Below, piece by piece: positions 21,295 through 30,605 of a stretch of 64,000 bases of DNA (position 1 is its first letter; every line of letters begins with the position of its first letter). The DNA is from a virus, in IMG/VR virus record IMGVR_UViG_3300044846_005371, positions 32,001 to 96,000 of that record. One strand, written 5' to 3'. A program made the translations under genes and the position numbers. The notes beneath the pieces are model-generated. The model did no database searches and was not told the DNA's origin. It saw nothing but the letters and a program-made list of their open reading frames with translations.

Positions 21295-24200
21295 TGAAGT
21301 TAAATTACACTAAAATACTTGATGCTGACTCTAGTTTTAGCCTAGTTCGCACCAACCCAAAATTAACTGGAAACGTAAAATTAACAGTAGACTCGGCTGG
21401 TGAAATGTGGCTAGACGCAATTCCAGCAAATAATGAACTTGCTAAAGAAAAGTACAATAAGATTGCAATAGATTCTACTGGAACTTACGCTAGTGCTCTG
21501 TATAAGTTCTTTAATAATGGTCAAACTCCAAATGAAATAGTTTTTTCTCTTGATGAAAAGATAGATCTAACTAGAACATCTAAGAACTTTAATGACCAGT
21601 ACGATTTTTCTCATTATTTTAGCGGAGCAAATTATCTAGTTTCAAACAAGTACTCTGAAAAATTTTCATATTTTGCTCCACTTTATTTGAAAAAAGATAT
21701 ACCTAATTATTTTATAATTTTTAAAATTGAAGGTGCTGCAAATAAATCAATAGATCTTCTAAAAGCAGATTATCCTTATGATAAAGGAGATTACTTACGC
21801 GAACTTTTTGAGAAGGCAACTATTGTAAAAACTTTTGATCTTGGTGAAACTTCCAAGATTGGTAAATACTTAAGACGCTACTTAGGCGATGCTAATTTCC
21901 CAAGCTCATCACTATCCGTTTCATATGATCCTGAAGGATTAACAGTATGGAATGGTGTTTTACTAAATTCAGGGGTTCTTGGAGGTAGAGGTGAAGAATT
22001 GTATGATTTTTACCAAACTGCATATCCTTTAAAATTTTCTGAAGAATATATTACCTTAGGATTTGAAAGAAATGGAGTAATTTTTCCAAATATTGTAAAT
22101 CTTCAATTTGCATTTGATGATCCTAGTGCTGAAAACTACACATTCAACCGATACTTAGGACTCTATGTAAATACAATAGAGTTAACCAAATTAGATATTG
22201 ATCTTGATGCATTATACCAAAATAGATCAAACACCGGAAACTCTCCAATAATCAAGAGAAAATACTTTGAAAACGAAGATAGTGTGCTATACCAAGAAAA
22301 TACAAACGGTCTTCCTTTTCCATATCTAAACAATTCTATTAAATTTTCGGATTTTGAAGATTGCTTTACTGATGATACTAATCTATTTTTTACTTATTTG
22401 TTAGATAAGGAAAATAATGTATATTCTCCAAAAGTACCTTCTCCTTTTTCTCTAAGCTATGATCCATTGACTAGTGAAGAGTTGACGAGCGGAACTATCA
22501 CATTATCTAATAAATCAATAAATTACGGAAATTTCTTTGGTCCATATTCTGATTTTTTACAAGATGATGGTTTTGTTGCAACATCTAACGCACACTCACA
22601 TATTGATCTTGAAGTTCTTTTAGAATTTCAGCATTTAGATTCAATAAAATTCTATCATCCTTCTGGAACTAGAGTTGATTCTAACGGTAAATATGATCTG
22701 TTTACTGGAACTTCAGGCTATTCGCTTGTTCCTAATCCTGGCGATGCTTATTTTTACATAGACACCGATGGTAGTTTAGGATATGATGAATTTTATTTCA
22801 ATTGTACTGGCGATATAACTAAAATAGCAAAAGCAATTGCTACTTGTTTAAATGAAGTTAGAACAAAGTCATATAAAGTATTCGTGGATGGCGCTAAAAT
22901 CATTATAAAATCTTCATCATCTGGTGATAAAGATTTAGCGTTCGGTTTAGAGTTTGTTACATCTGATTACACAATAAATTCTTTAAAAATATCTGAATCT
23001 TTTGGAGAATCCCTAGATGGGGTTTTGTTTAACTTTGAGGGAGGATCGTTAAACAAATACGGAAGGCTTGTCATAGAGGCAGAACATCGCTCTAAAATAC
23101 TACAAAATATAGATAATCTTCTTATTCGAACTAAGACAGGTTGGTCAAAAATTAAGAAAATTTCAAAATATTCTGATTTATTGACTGAGAAATCTTTTTC
23201 AAACGCTATTACTAAGGAGAAATCACTAAATTCATTCTATCAAAACATTGTTTTAACATTAGAGGATGATGTTGAACCTGAAGTTAAATATTCTCAGTAT
23301 ACTATCAAGTTAAAGTATAGAACTAGATTTGGTTTACTATCGATGTTTCCGATCAAAGATTTTGACTTTGACTTTTATTCAAGCCAATATGATAATTTTC
23401 CAGAAATAGACTTATATGCACATCATTATGTGCCTGAAAATATTGCTAATCTTATTCCAGGAATAGAATATTCGATTATCGGCATAGGCTCAATTAAACT
23501 AAGTAATGGTTCAATAATTCATTCATCAGATCCTCAACCATTCACTGTTGCTGAACCATTAACTTATTCTACTTTTGTAGGTAAGGTGATAGTTTCATAT
23601 TACTATAGTATGACTAATCCTGGTGATTCAACGATCGTTCCTATTTCTGACTTAAATACTGAACTTACTTCTTTTCCGGGATTTTCAATACTTAAGGATC
23701 AATTTATAATTAGACCTGAAACTTCCGATGAGTATTTCAAATTAAAAACAAAATACGTAAACGGAGCTACTCCAACCGAATACGATTACTATAAAGAAAA
23801 TAGTAGCGCTGACTTTGCACTAAAATCAAAGTTAGTTCCATACATCACAAAATGGGGAATAGAAGATGGAACTGATGCTAGAGGAAATGCATATAGATTT
23901 AACACTGAAGCTGCATTCGGCTACACTAACTTTTCTCCAGACCATACTGACACTACTCAAAATCCTTCTAACTTTACGCATGAATGGTTTTATATTGAGT
24001 CAATATTTAATTACAACAAATCTGAAGACACGGTTAAGCTAAATAATTACTATTTCGACTATCCGTTCGATGAAGAACAATTAATCAGCGATCCTGATTA
24101 TTTTGTAAAATACTTTACATATTCTCCAAAAGTAGATAGTAGCGATATCGAGGTAGGCGATACTCAGTTTAGGTACGCAAACGTATTTAAAAATAGACTA

Positions 24201-26363
24201 GGAGAATATCAAGTACTATTCAAAGGATTTAAAATAACTCTTAAAGATATAATAGATCCTTCTCTATTACAGGAAGACGGTCGACCAGTATATTCTGCTA
24301 ATTCTACTCGATTTGATGGATATAAGTTTAGTGCTCTTCTTAAAGCTAAGAAGGAAGATATAAATGATCCTACTGTTCCCCCTATTTCATATAGGGTCAT
24401 TGAACACACAGACTATAAGTTCATATTGCTTTTAATAGAAGTTTCATTAGGCGACCTCTCTGACATAGACGATTATCGTAAAGAACTATATGGAATTATA
24501 TCGAATGGTCAGGACCCAGATGCGATTCAACCGAATGATCCCGACATGTATTCAGTATTTCCATCTGGAAAATACTCATATCAGACGATTAATGGAGATT
24601 ACCGAATACAGTTTACTAGCGTTGATGGAACTGAAATTTCAAATCTAAGCCATCTATTTTTATATGCATTTAAGCATAAAAAGTACAATGCACTGTTTGA
24701 TTCTTTCTCAAACGCTAAACTTGCCTCAAAGATAAATTTAGGAAGTATTGATTTGCCTAAACTCGACAATCCAAGCTATCCAAATTATCCTTTTTCTCTA
24801 AAGGAAGAAACTACACCTAGGAAAACTAATACTACTTACTTAGGAGTTAGATTCATAAATACTGGGGCAGAATATGTACTTGATGAGTATGATACTACTT
24901 TACTTACTCCAAAATTTATAAGTCCAATATCTGATGCAAATATAAATTTCTTAAGTTTATATGAGTCATCCGATAATCCATTTTTAATAGATGCATCAAC
25001 TGGTGGACCATTTCAACCAATCCCATCAGCGTTAAGCTCAAATTTCTTTAAAACTAAAGCAGTGTTTAAGATAATTAGCGGCGGTGAATTATATTACGAA
25101 TCTCTTTTCTCAAAATTATCATTTGCTAATTTTAAAAAATATGTGAACGATTATTCAGCATTCATAGAGTATGAATCTTATTCTCTAGTTGATGGGATAC
25201 CTGAATTATCAACGTCTCCTAGATTTTATGTTGAAGTCGTTTCACCTAAAGAAATTTATAAAACATCGGCACTTGTAGTTCAAGAAGATACTGATAGACC
25301 TGCTCAATTTTCATCAAGTTCTTCAATATCTACAAAAAAGTTTGAAGGTCAAAAATTATCTACGATACCAAACAATACTGTCGCACCATTAATAGGATAT
25401 CGTTACGGAAGAGTTAACTTATCTTCTCCTTATCATATTACACGATATGATGGAGGATACGAGCCACTATTTAAAAATGTTTCAAAATTTGTTTCAACTT
25501 TCAAGTTTACTCAAAATGATATTGACGACCTAGATCAAAGCAACACCAAGTTGAATGTATATGCTGATCACTTCTATGATTTAGTAAATTTCAATCACCT
25601 TAAAATAGCTGATTCTAAGATACTTACATTGGAATCCGACGATCAATATGATCCAGTTTATGAGCTAATTGACGAAATTTCAATAGGTCGAAACGACATG
25701 TTTGTATTTAGTTCAAATTGGGATTATGGATTTCACCATAAGTATTCAACAAAAGTTTTAAGCTCGCCTGTTTCTGGAACTCTTAGAATAGAAGAAGACT
25801 CTGCATTTTTAAATAAGTTGATGCAACTTCCAACTTCAATAGAACTTGAAAATTTTGTAAAAACTGATATTTCTCCAAATGTTGAATTGAAGGACATTAA
25901 TCCAGCACAATATGAATTAGCATTTAGAGAGACAGATTTTGAAGTTTCAGGGATCATAAACATAGGAAATGTACTAAGCACTTACCTATTAAATAATGGG
26001 TTCATTCAGCCTTTTCAAGAACTAATTCCACAGACTTCAGAGTACATCGGAAATTATTCAACTCTAACTAATTATGTAAAAGCATATATTGAAAAGAATA
26101 TTAACCGACTATATGAAATAGAAACAATTGAATTTTACACAAAAGTTAGTAAATCTACGATATCTTCTCAAGTCGGAGTTGCAAATGTCAATACTATAGC
26201 GTTTTCATTTTTAACTGATGCTCAAAGGTATCAACAGGGATTTGTTCTATCAAAAGATTTTAAAATAAATAAAACAGGTAAACTTAATCTCACGTATGAG
26301 TTTAATAAACCAATAAACGCTGGTGTAATAATCAGTCCAAAAATAAAAATTAAGTTCATCTAA
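21294..26363 (+). CDS. Very large virion structural protein (baseplate/tail)
   Basis: 1689 aa, with TAATG stop/start coupling on both sides; no enzyme motif recognised. Confidence 0.55.
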   Translation: MKLNYTKILDADSSFSLVRTNPKLTGNVKLTVDSAGEMWLDAIPANNELAKEKYNKIAIDSTGTYASALYKFFNNGQTPNEIVFSLDEKIDLTRTSKNFNDQYDFSHYFSGANYLVSNKYSEKFSYFAPLYLKKDIPNYFIIFKIEGAANKSIDLLKADYPYDKGDYLRELFEKATIVKTFDLGETSKIGKYLRRYLGDANFPSSSLSVSYDPEGLTVWNGVLLNSGVLGGRGEELYDFYQTAYPLKFSEEYITLGFERNGVIFPNIVNLQFAFDDPSAENYTFNRYLGLYVNTIELTKLDIDLDALYQNRSNTGNSPIIKRKYFENEDSVLYQENTNGLPFPYLNNSIKFSDFEDCFTDDTNLFFTYLLDKENNVYSPKVPSPFSLSYDPLTSEELTSGTITLSNKSINYGNFFGPYSDFLQDDGFVATSNAHSHIDLEVLLEFQHLDSIKFYHPSGTRVDSNGKYDLFTGTSGYSLVPNPGDAYFYIDTDGSLGYDEFYFNCTGDITKIAKAIATCLNEVRTKSYKVFVDGAKIIIKSSSSGDKDLAFGLEFVTSDYTINSLKISESFGESLDGVLFNFEGGSLNKYGRLVIEAEHRSKILQNIDNLLIRTKTGWSKIKKISKYSDLLTEKSFSNAITKEKSLNSFYQNIVLTLEDDVEPEVKYSQYTIKLKYRTRFGLLSMFPIKDFDFDFYSSQYDNFPEIDLYAHHYVPENIANLIPGIEYSIIGIGSIKLSNGSIIHSSDPQPFTVAEPLTYSTFVGKVIVSYYYSMTNPGDSTIVPISDLNTELTSFPGFSILKDQFIIRPETSDEYFKLKTKYVNGATPTEYDYYKENSSADFALKSKLVPYITKWGIEDGTDARGNAYRFNTEAAFGYTNFSPDHTDTTQNPSNFTHEWFYIESIFNYNKSEDTVKLNNYYFDYPFDEEQLISDPDYFVKYFTYSPKVDSSDIEVGDTQFRYANVFKNRLGEYQVLFKGFKITLKDIIDPSLLQEDGRPVYSANSTRFDGYKFSALLKAKKEDINDPTVPPISYRVIEHTDYKFILLLIEVSLGDLSDIDDYRKELYGIISNGQDPDAIQPNDPDMYSVFPSGKYSYQTINGDYRIQFTSVDGTEISNLSHLFLYAFKHKKYNALFDSFSNAKLASKINLGSIDLPKLDNPSYPNYPFSLKEETTPRKTNTTYLGVRFINTGAEYVLDEYDTTLLTPKFISPISDANINFLSLYESSDNPFLIDASTGGPFQPIPSALSSNFFKTKAVFKIISGGELYYESLFSKLSFANFKKYVNDYSAFIEYESYSLVDGIPELSTSPRFYVEVVSPKEIYKTSALVVQEDTDRPAQFSSSSSISTKKFEGQKLSTIPNNTVAPLIGYRYGRVNLSSPYHITRYDGGYEPLFKNVSKFVSTFKFTQNDIDDLDQSNTKLNVYADHFYDLVNFNHLKIADSKILTLESDDQYDPVYELIDEISIGRNDMFVFSSNWDYGFHHKYSTKVLSSPVSGTLRIEEDSAFLNKLMQLPTSIELENFVKTDISPNVELKDINPAQYELAFRETDFEVSGIINIGNVLSTYLLNNGFIQPFQELIPQTSEYIGNYSTLTNYVKAYIEKNINRLYEIETIEFYTKVSKSTISSQVGVANVNTIAFSFLTDAQRYQQGFVLSKDFKINKTGKLNLTYEFNKPINAGVIISPKIKIKFI

Positions 26364-29300
26364 TGCCAATTAGGATTAACCTTAGAGAAGTTTTTGCTTC
26401 AGACAGCCAAACAATCGCAGTCGATAAAATAAATTTCAACTTCAACAAAATTCTCGAGTTAGGAGTTGGTGAAGAAGGACCACTAGGAGATACTGGCCCT
26501 CAGGGACCAGCAGGTCCGGTCGGTCCAGAAGGCCCAGTCGGACAAGACGGTATTACTTGGCATGTAGGTTCAACTGACCCTAACGTAACGCCACCTTCTC
26601 CTGTTCAAGATGGAGATTTTTACTTAAATACCTCTGACTCAACTATTTGGCAGTGGGATGAAGGTGGAACTGTGTGGAATCAATTAATTGATTTTACAAC
26701 AATAATAAATGCTTACTTAGCGACTACTACTCAAACCTTTTTTAGAGGATTTGGTGATCCTTCCGATACTAACTTTATAGTTTTTCCAAATAGGGACGAA
26801 ATTGGCGACGGTAGTACTGATATATTGTTTTTATCTAACTTTAATGAAATTACTACACCTATTTCAAATTTATCTAGCCCATATACTTCTTTACTAGATG
26901 GAGGAATTTTACAAATTTATGCTGATTCTACTGCCGGTGGGTCAGATGCTAGAGCAAATCTAGAATTTGGAGCGATATACTCAAATGGAGTAGATACTCT
27001 AATTAGCGAGAGAGATCAAAACTTAAAAATAAAATACTATCAGCATGATAATGAAGATAGTACATTCACGTCAGTTGCTTCATTCAATATTAGTAAGTTA
27101 GAAGGCAGTGATATTACAGCAATTGATAGATACGGTGTACTAAAATTTATTACTCCAAATTACGTAGATGGAGGAACTAATTCAGAACTATCATTTTACT
27201 TGGGATCACAAGGCGGTACTTCATATCTAACATCAGAATCTTTAAATTCATCTGGCTTAGTAATTACTTCAAGTGCGTCTTACAACTGGATAGAATTCGG
27301 TATTGCTGATGATCTATTTTGGTCAGATTCAACCTACGCATATCGTGATGCAGATTCAGATTTTTTGAATATTTCAGGAAACAATAAAAATTATGTTTAT
27401 CTGAAGGGAGGAGACAACACATCAGGCGTTTTCATAGATTCAACATTAGTTCAAGATTCCGGAGATATTATTCAAGCTGGAACTGGCAGCTTTGTTAAAA
27501 ATAAAGTAATCACACCTCCAATAAATACTGGACAAAGTGCGTCAGATTATTCTAAACATACTGGAATGGCGATGTATGGCGACAGAATTTATGTAGTTCA
27601 TGGAGACCCTACGTTAACTACTTCAATTAGTAGCACAGCTTCAGCGTACGACAAGTATCACGTTTTATTAGCAACTGACCCTTCTAATTTAAAAAACTGG
27701 ATAACTCAAGAGAATCTTTCACTTAGCTCAACTTCTTCTAGTTTTTTATATGGTGCATGTGATATTGATATTGCTGGAGATTATGCATATATTGTAAGTA
27801 ACCATACATCCGACCGAAGCGGTACAAAAATCCCTTTTGCTATTGCAAAAATAGACGAAGAATATCACGGCGAGTTAACATTACTATATTCATTGTCTAA
27901 TAGTAATTACTCAAATGGTGCAATTACGTCAAGTAATACGCAATCCGATAATAACTTGGGATACGCTTGGACAAATCTATCTGCCGCCTACCGCCTTAAA
28001 GTTAAAGGAAATATCGCATACGTTATTAACAAATATGATGATGATTCCGCTTTTTCTGGAGACGGGATAGAAGGTGATCAAGCCGGTGCATACTTATCTG
28101 CTATAGATATAAGTAATCCATACAATCCAATTATTGTAAATTCAGTCGTTTCCTCAGGAGAAAAGAGAAGTACTGATATGGCAGGTACTACTTATTCTTA
28201 CGGAGGATATCGTCACCTTGCGCTAGATGTAAATAAATCAATTGCTGCTACTTTAACCTGGAAAAGACTAACTACTGGTGCTTCTTCTCCAGATTACTCA
28301 AGAGACGAGTTTGGAGATGATGTAACTAGTGGAACTACCAATCAAATCATATTAAATCTATATGATCTTTCGGATGCTAGAACAGATGCCGACTTAATAT
28401 ATTCTCCTGACGCTACTGAAGAGCTCCCAAGTGTACCAAATCTTCGTAGATTTTCAGCAACTCCAATTCAGACCCAATCGACCGGCCCGTTAACTGACTT
28501 TGGATCAGTCTCAATATTTAGAAATTATGTATTTGTATCTTGGGAAAATAGCGTATATGTATACCAAATACCTAATAATATTAAGCCTAATGTTGAGTCA
28601 TTAATTGCAAATCCAGCAACCTCTTTGTTAACTTATGAGATGGCTGACTCTACTTATTATGCAATTGATAGTAAGATATCAGGAAGATTCCTATATGTTC
28701 TATGGAGAAAAACAGTAGGTACTACTGGTGTAGTAACTAAACACGATATCTTTAAGATGATTGAGGTCGGTGGAAACAGTTCACTTGAACCGATTGCATC
28801 ATATCAATTTGCACTTGAGTCTTCATATGGAAATGGAGTAAGCAGACTACTTATAAATGGCAAATATGTTTATGTTTCGTCATCTCATTCAGATGACCAG
28901 TTCGGCAGTGAACCATTAAACATAAAAACTTTGAGTTCAGACGGTATTATTTCGCCAGCTGCTCATATAGACTCCATCCAAACTTCTATCTTAAAGGTAA
29001 ATGAAACCATAAATGTTGGAGATTCTGCAAATATTGGACACTCTTTAAACGTAGGATCTGGAGGAATTGCGACAACTGGTCCTGTTTCTGCCCGTGGAAT
29101 AAATGGAAATTTCCATAACTTTGGAGTAAGCGCGCCTTTAAGTAATTCATTTAACCCAACAATTAGTTCTCATGATAAGCCACTTTGTGGAATTTCATCG
29201 AATTTATCAATTTTACAAAGCGGATTATATCAATTTACTAATATTAGTCCTACTACTGAACAAAGATTTTTTACATTTACTCACACTGCCCAAGGCACAC

Positions 29301-29713
29301 CAGTGCCTTATTCTGGAGGATTCCAAGCGATACGTTTACTTTGGACTAGAGTCGGGAATGTTGTAAATGTATCAGGATTTGTGTATGTAGAAAGTACCCC
29401 TCTTCCTGCGTTATATGGATTCGCATTTCCAGCTCCATTGTATCCTGCTGAAATTTCGTCAGACGGTCCATATTCTTTATATGCAGCTGGCGTAGGTAAC
29501 GCAATAGGAGGAGGTGTTCAAGTTTCAGGAACACTTAGTGCGTATTATGATGTAGATATTTCAACAACTATTGAGTGCATCAACGTTGTTACTGGAGAAC
29601 TTGAAGATCTATCTGTTCCCTACCTAGCTTTACGATTTTTTAATAATGATATTGATCAAGAGCTAGGTAATTTCTACTTTTCAGGTTCTTATTTGCTAAC
29701 TAACCTTAGTTAA
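26363..29713 (+). CDS. Tail fibre / receptor-binding protein with a collagen stalk and LVIVD-like beta-propeller repeats
   Basis: Gly-X-Y run; repeats DIDIAGDYAYIV, LKVKGNIAYVI, IDISNP, ISGRFLYV, INGKYVYV; C-terminal RVGNVVNVSG fibre-tip-like motif. Confidence 0.7.
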   Translation: MPIRINLREVFASDSQTIAVDKINFNFNKILELGVGEEGPLGDTGPQGPAGPVGPEGPVGQDGITWHVGSTDPNVTPPSPVQDGDFYLNTSDSTIWQWDEGGTVWNQLIDFTTIINAYLATTTQTFFRGFGDPSDTNFIVFPNRDEIGDGSTDILFLSNFNEITTPISNLSSPYTSLLDGGILQIYADSTAGGSDARANLEFGAIYSNGVDTLISERDQNLKIKYYQHDNEDSTFTSVASFNISKLEGSDITAIDRYGVLKFITPNYVDGGTNSELSFYLGSQGGTSYLTSESLNSSGLVITSSASYNWIEFGIADDLFWSDSTYAYRDADSDFLNISGNNKNYVYLKGGDNTSGVFIDSTLVQDSGDIIQAGTGSFVKNKVITPPINTGQSASDYSKHTGMAMYGDRIYVVHGDPTLTTSISSTASAYDKYHVLLATDPSNLKNWITQENLSLSSTSSSFLYGACDIDIAGDYAYIVSNHTSDRSGTKIPFAIAKIDEEYHGELTLLYSLSNSNYSNGAITSSNTQSDNNLGYAWTNLSAAYRLKVKGNIAYVINKYDDDSAFSGDGIEGDQAGAYLSAIDISNPYNPIIVNSVVSSGEKRSTDMAGTTYSYGGYRHLALDVNKSIAATLTWKRLTTGASSPDYSRDEFGDDVTSGTTNQIILNLYDLSDARTDADLIYSPDATEELPSVPNLRRFSATPIQTQSTGPLTDFGSVSIFRNYVFVSWENSVYVYQIPNNIKPNVESLIANPATSLLTYEMADSTYYAIDSKISGRFLYVLWRKTVGTTGVVTKHDIFKMIEVGGNSSLEPIASYQFALESSYGNGVSRLLINGKYVYVSSSHSDDQFGSEPLNIKTLSSDGIISPAAHIDSIQTSILKVNETINVGDSANIGHSLNVGSGGIATTGPVSARGINGNFHNFGVSAPLSNSFNPTISSHDKPLCGISSNLSILQSGLYQFTNISPTTEQRFFTFTHTAQGTPVPYSGGFQAIRLLWTRVGNVVNVSGFVYVESTPLPALYGFAFPAPLYPAEISSDGPYSLYAAGVGNAIGGGVQVSGTLSAYYDVDISTTIECINVVTGELEDLSVPYLALRFFNNDIDQELGNFYFSGSYLLTNLS
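26468..26551 (+). repeat. Collagen-like Gly-X-Y repeat (9 triplets)
   Basis: GEE GPL GDT GPQ GPA GPV GPE GPV GQD G. Confidence 0.95.
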
Positions 29714-30513
29714 ATCCATTGACCACTAGTGAATGGCATGATCTTTTCGCTAAAGATTAGCTTGTGCATTTCACCAATTATATTGATTTCAAACGCTAGA
29801 TTTTTGAGAAGCCCTTTATTTAGAATGACAATGTCCTTCATTACTTGAGCTACTTGATTTTCATCGCAATCTTTTTGCATTATCGCAAAACATACATTAG
29901 TATTTGGAGTCATGTTGCTAAGCTGATCGATATTCAATTCATCAACTGCCTCTTTAAGAGCATTTTCCTTGACTTTCTTCAGTGTGACTTCACCAACCTG
30001 TGAGAAAGAGTAATTAAAGTTTTTTCTACGATCCTCCTTAAGCTTCCATACAGTATATGTGAGAGTTCCTTCATAATTTGTGACTATAAAAATCTCCTTT
30101 TCTTTATGTAATCCTGGATTAGTCATAAATATCTTTACTCCCTCCATTATGTCTAACTGGATATCCATATAGTCTAATATGAGATTTGAGAATACATAAT
30201 TTGCATTCTTAAATATTTCAACAGTGTCTTGAGGTATATTATAAATTTCCTTAAGTTGTTCTTTAATCGCTTTTAGTCGAGGTTCGTTAAAAATGGGTCT
30301 TAACTTGAAGTCAAATACAAATCCTTCAACTGCTAAATTATTTAAGTTTAGACTGTGAAATAGAACTTCAGTAAATCTTGAAATATTCCCTTCATCAATC
30401 TCTTTCTTGTACTTTTGATTAGCCGCGAGTAGAATGTATGCGAAGTATTCTGGGTCCAAATACCTTCCCTTTGTGATCCATAGCGGATCCAGTATGTATT
30501 CGCTCTTCTTCAT
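29710..30513 (-). CDS. Hypothetical protein, probably late-expressed
   Basis: 267 aa; exact late motif just upstream; its stop overlaps the stop of the converging fibre gene in a TTAA. Confidence 0.7.
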   Translation of the reverse strand: MKKSEYILDPLWITKGRYLDPEYFAYILLAANQKYKKEIDEGNISRFTEVLFHSLNLNNLAVEGFVFDFKLRPIFNEPRLKAIKEQLKEIYNIPQDTVEIFKNANYVFSNLILDYMDIQLDIMEGVKIFMTNPGLHKEKEIFIVTNYEGTLTYTVWKLKEDRRKNFNYSFSQVGEVTLKKVKENALKEAVDELNIDQLSNMTPNTNVCFAIMQKDCDENQVAQVMKDIVILNKGLLKNLAFEINIIGEMHKLIFSEKIMPFTSGQWI

Positions 30514-30521
30514 AAGCTTTC

Positions 30522-30535
30522 TTTTTATTATTTAT
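30522..30535 (-). promoter_or_regulatory. Putative late promoter ATAAATAATAAAAA
   Basis: Exact 14-mer just upstream of ATG 30513; contains the T4-like ATAAATA core. Confidence 0.7.
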
Positions 30536-30576
30536 TTTACTCAATTTCAAGTACCAGTTTAGCGTAGATTATTTGA

Positions 30577-30590
30577 ATAAATAATAAAAA
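30577..30590 (+). promoter_or_regulatory. Putative late promoter ATAAATAATAAAAA
   Basis: Exact 14-mer upstream of the gp14-like neck gene, back-to-back with the 30522 copy. Confidence 0.75.
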
Positions 30591-30605
30591 GTCGTATTCT
30601 GCTTC

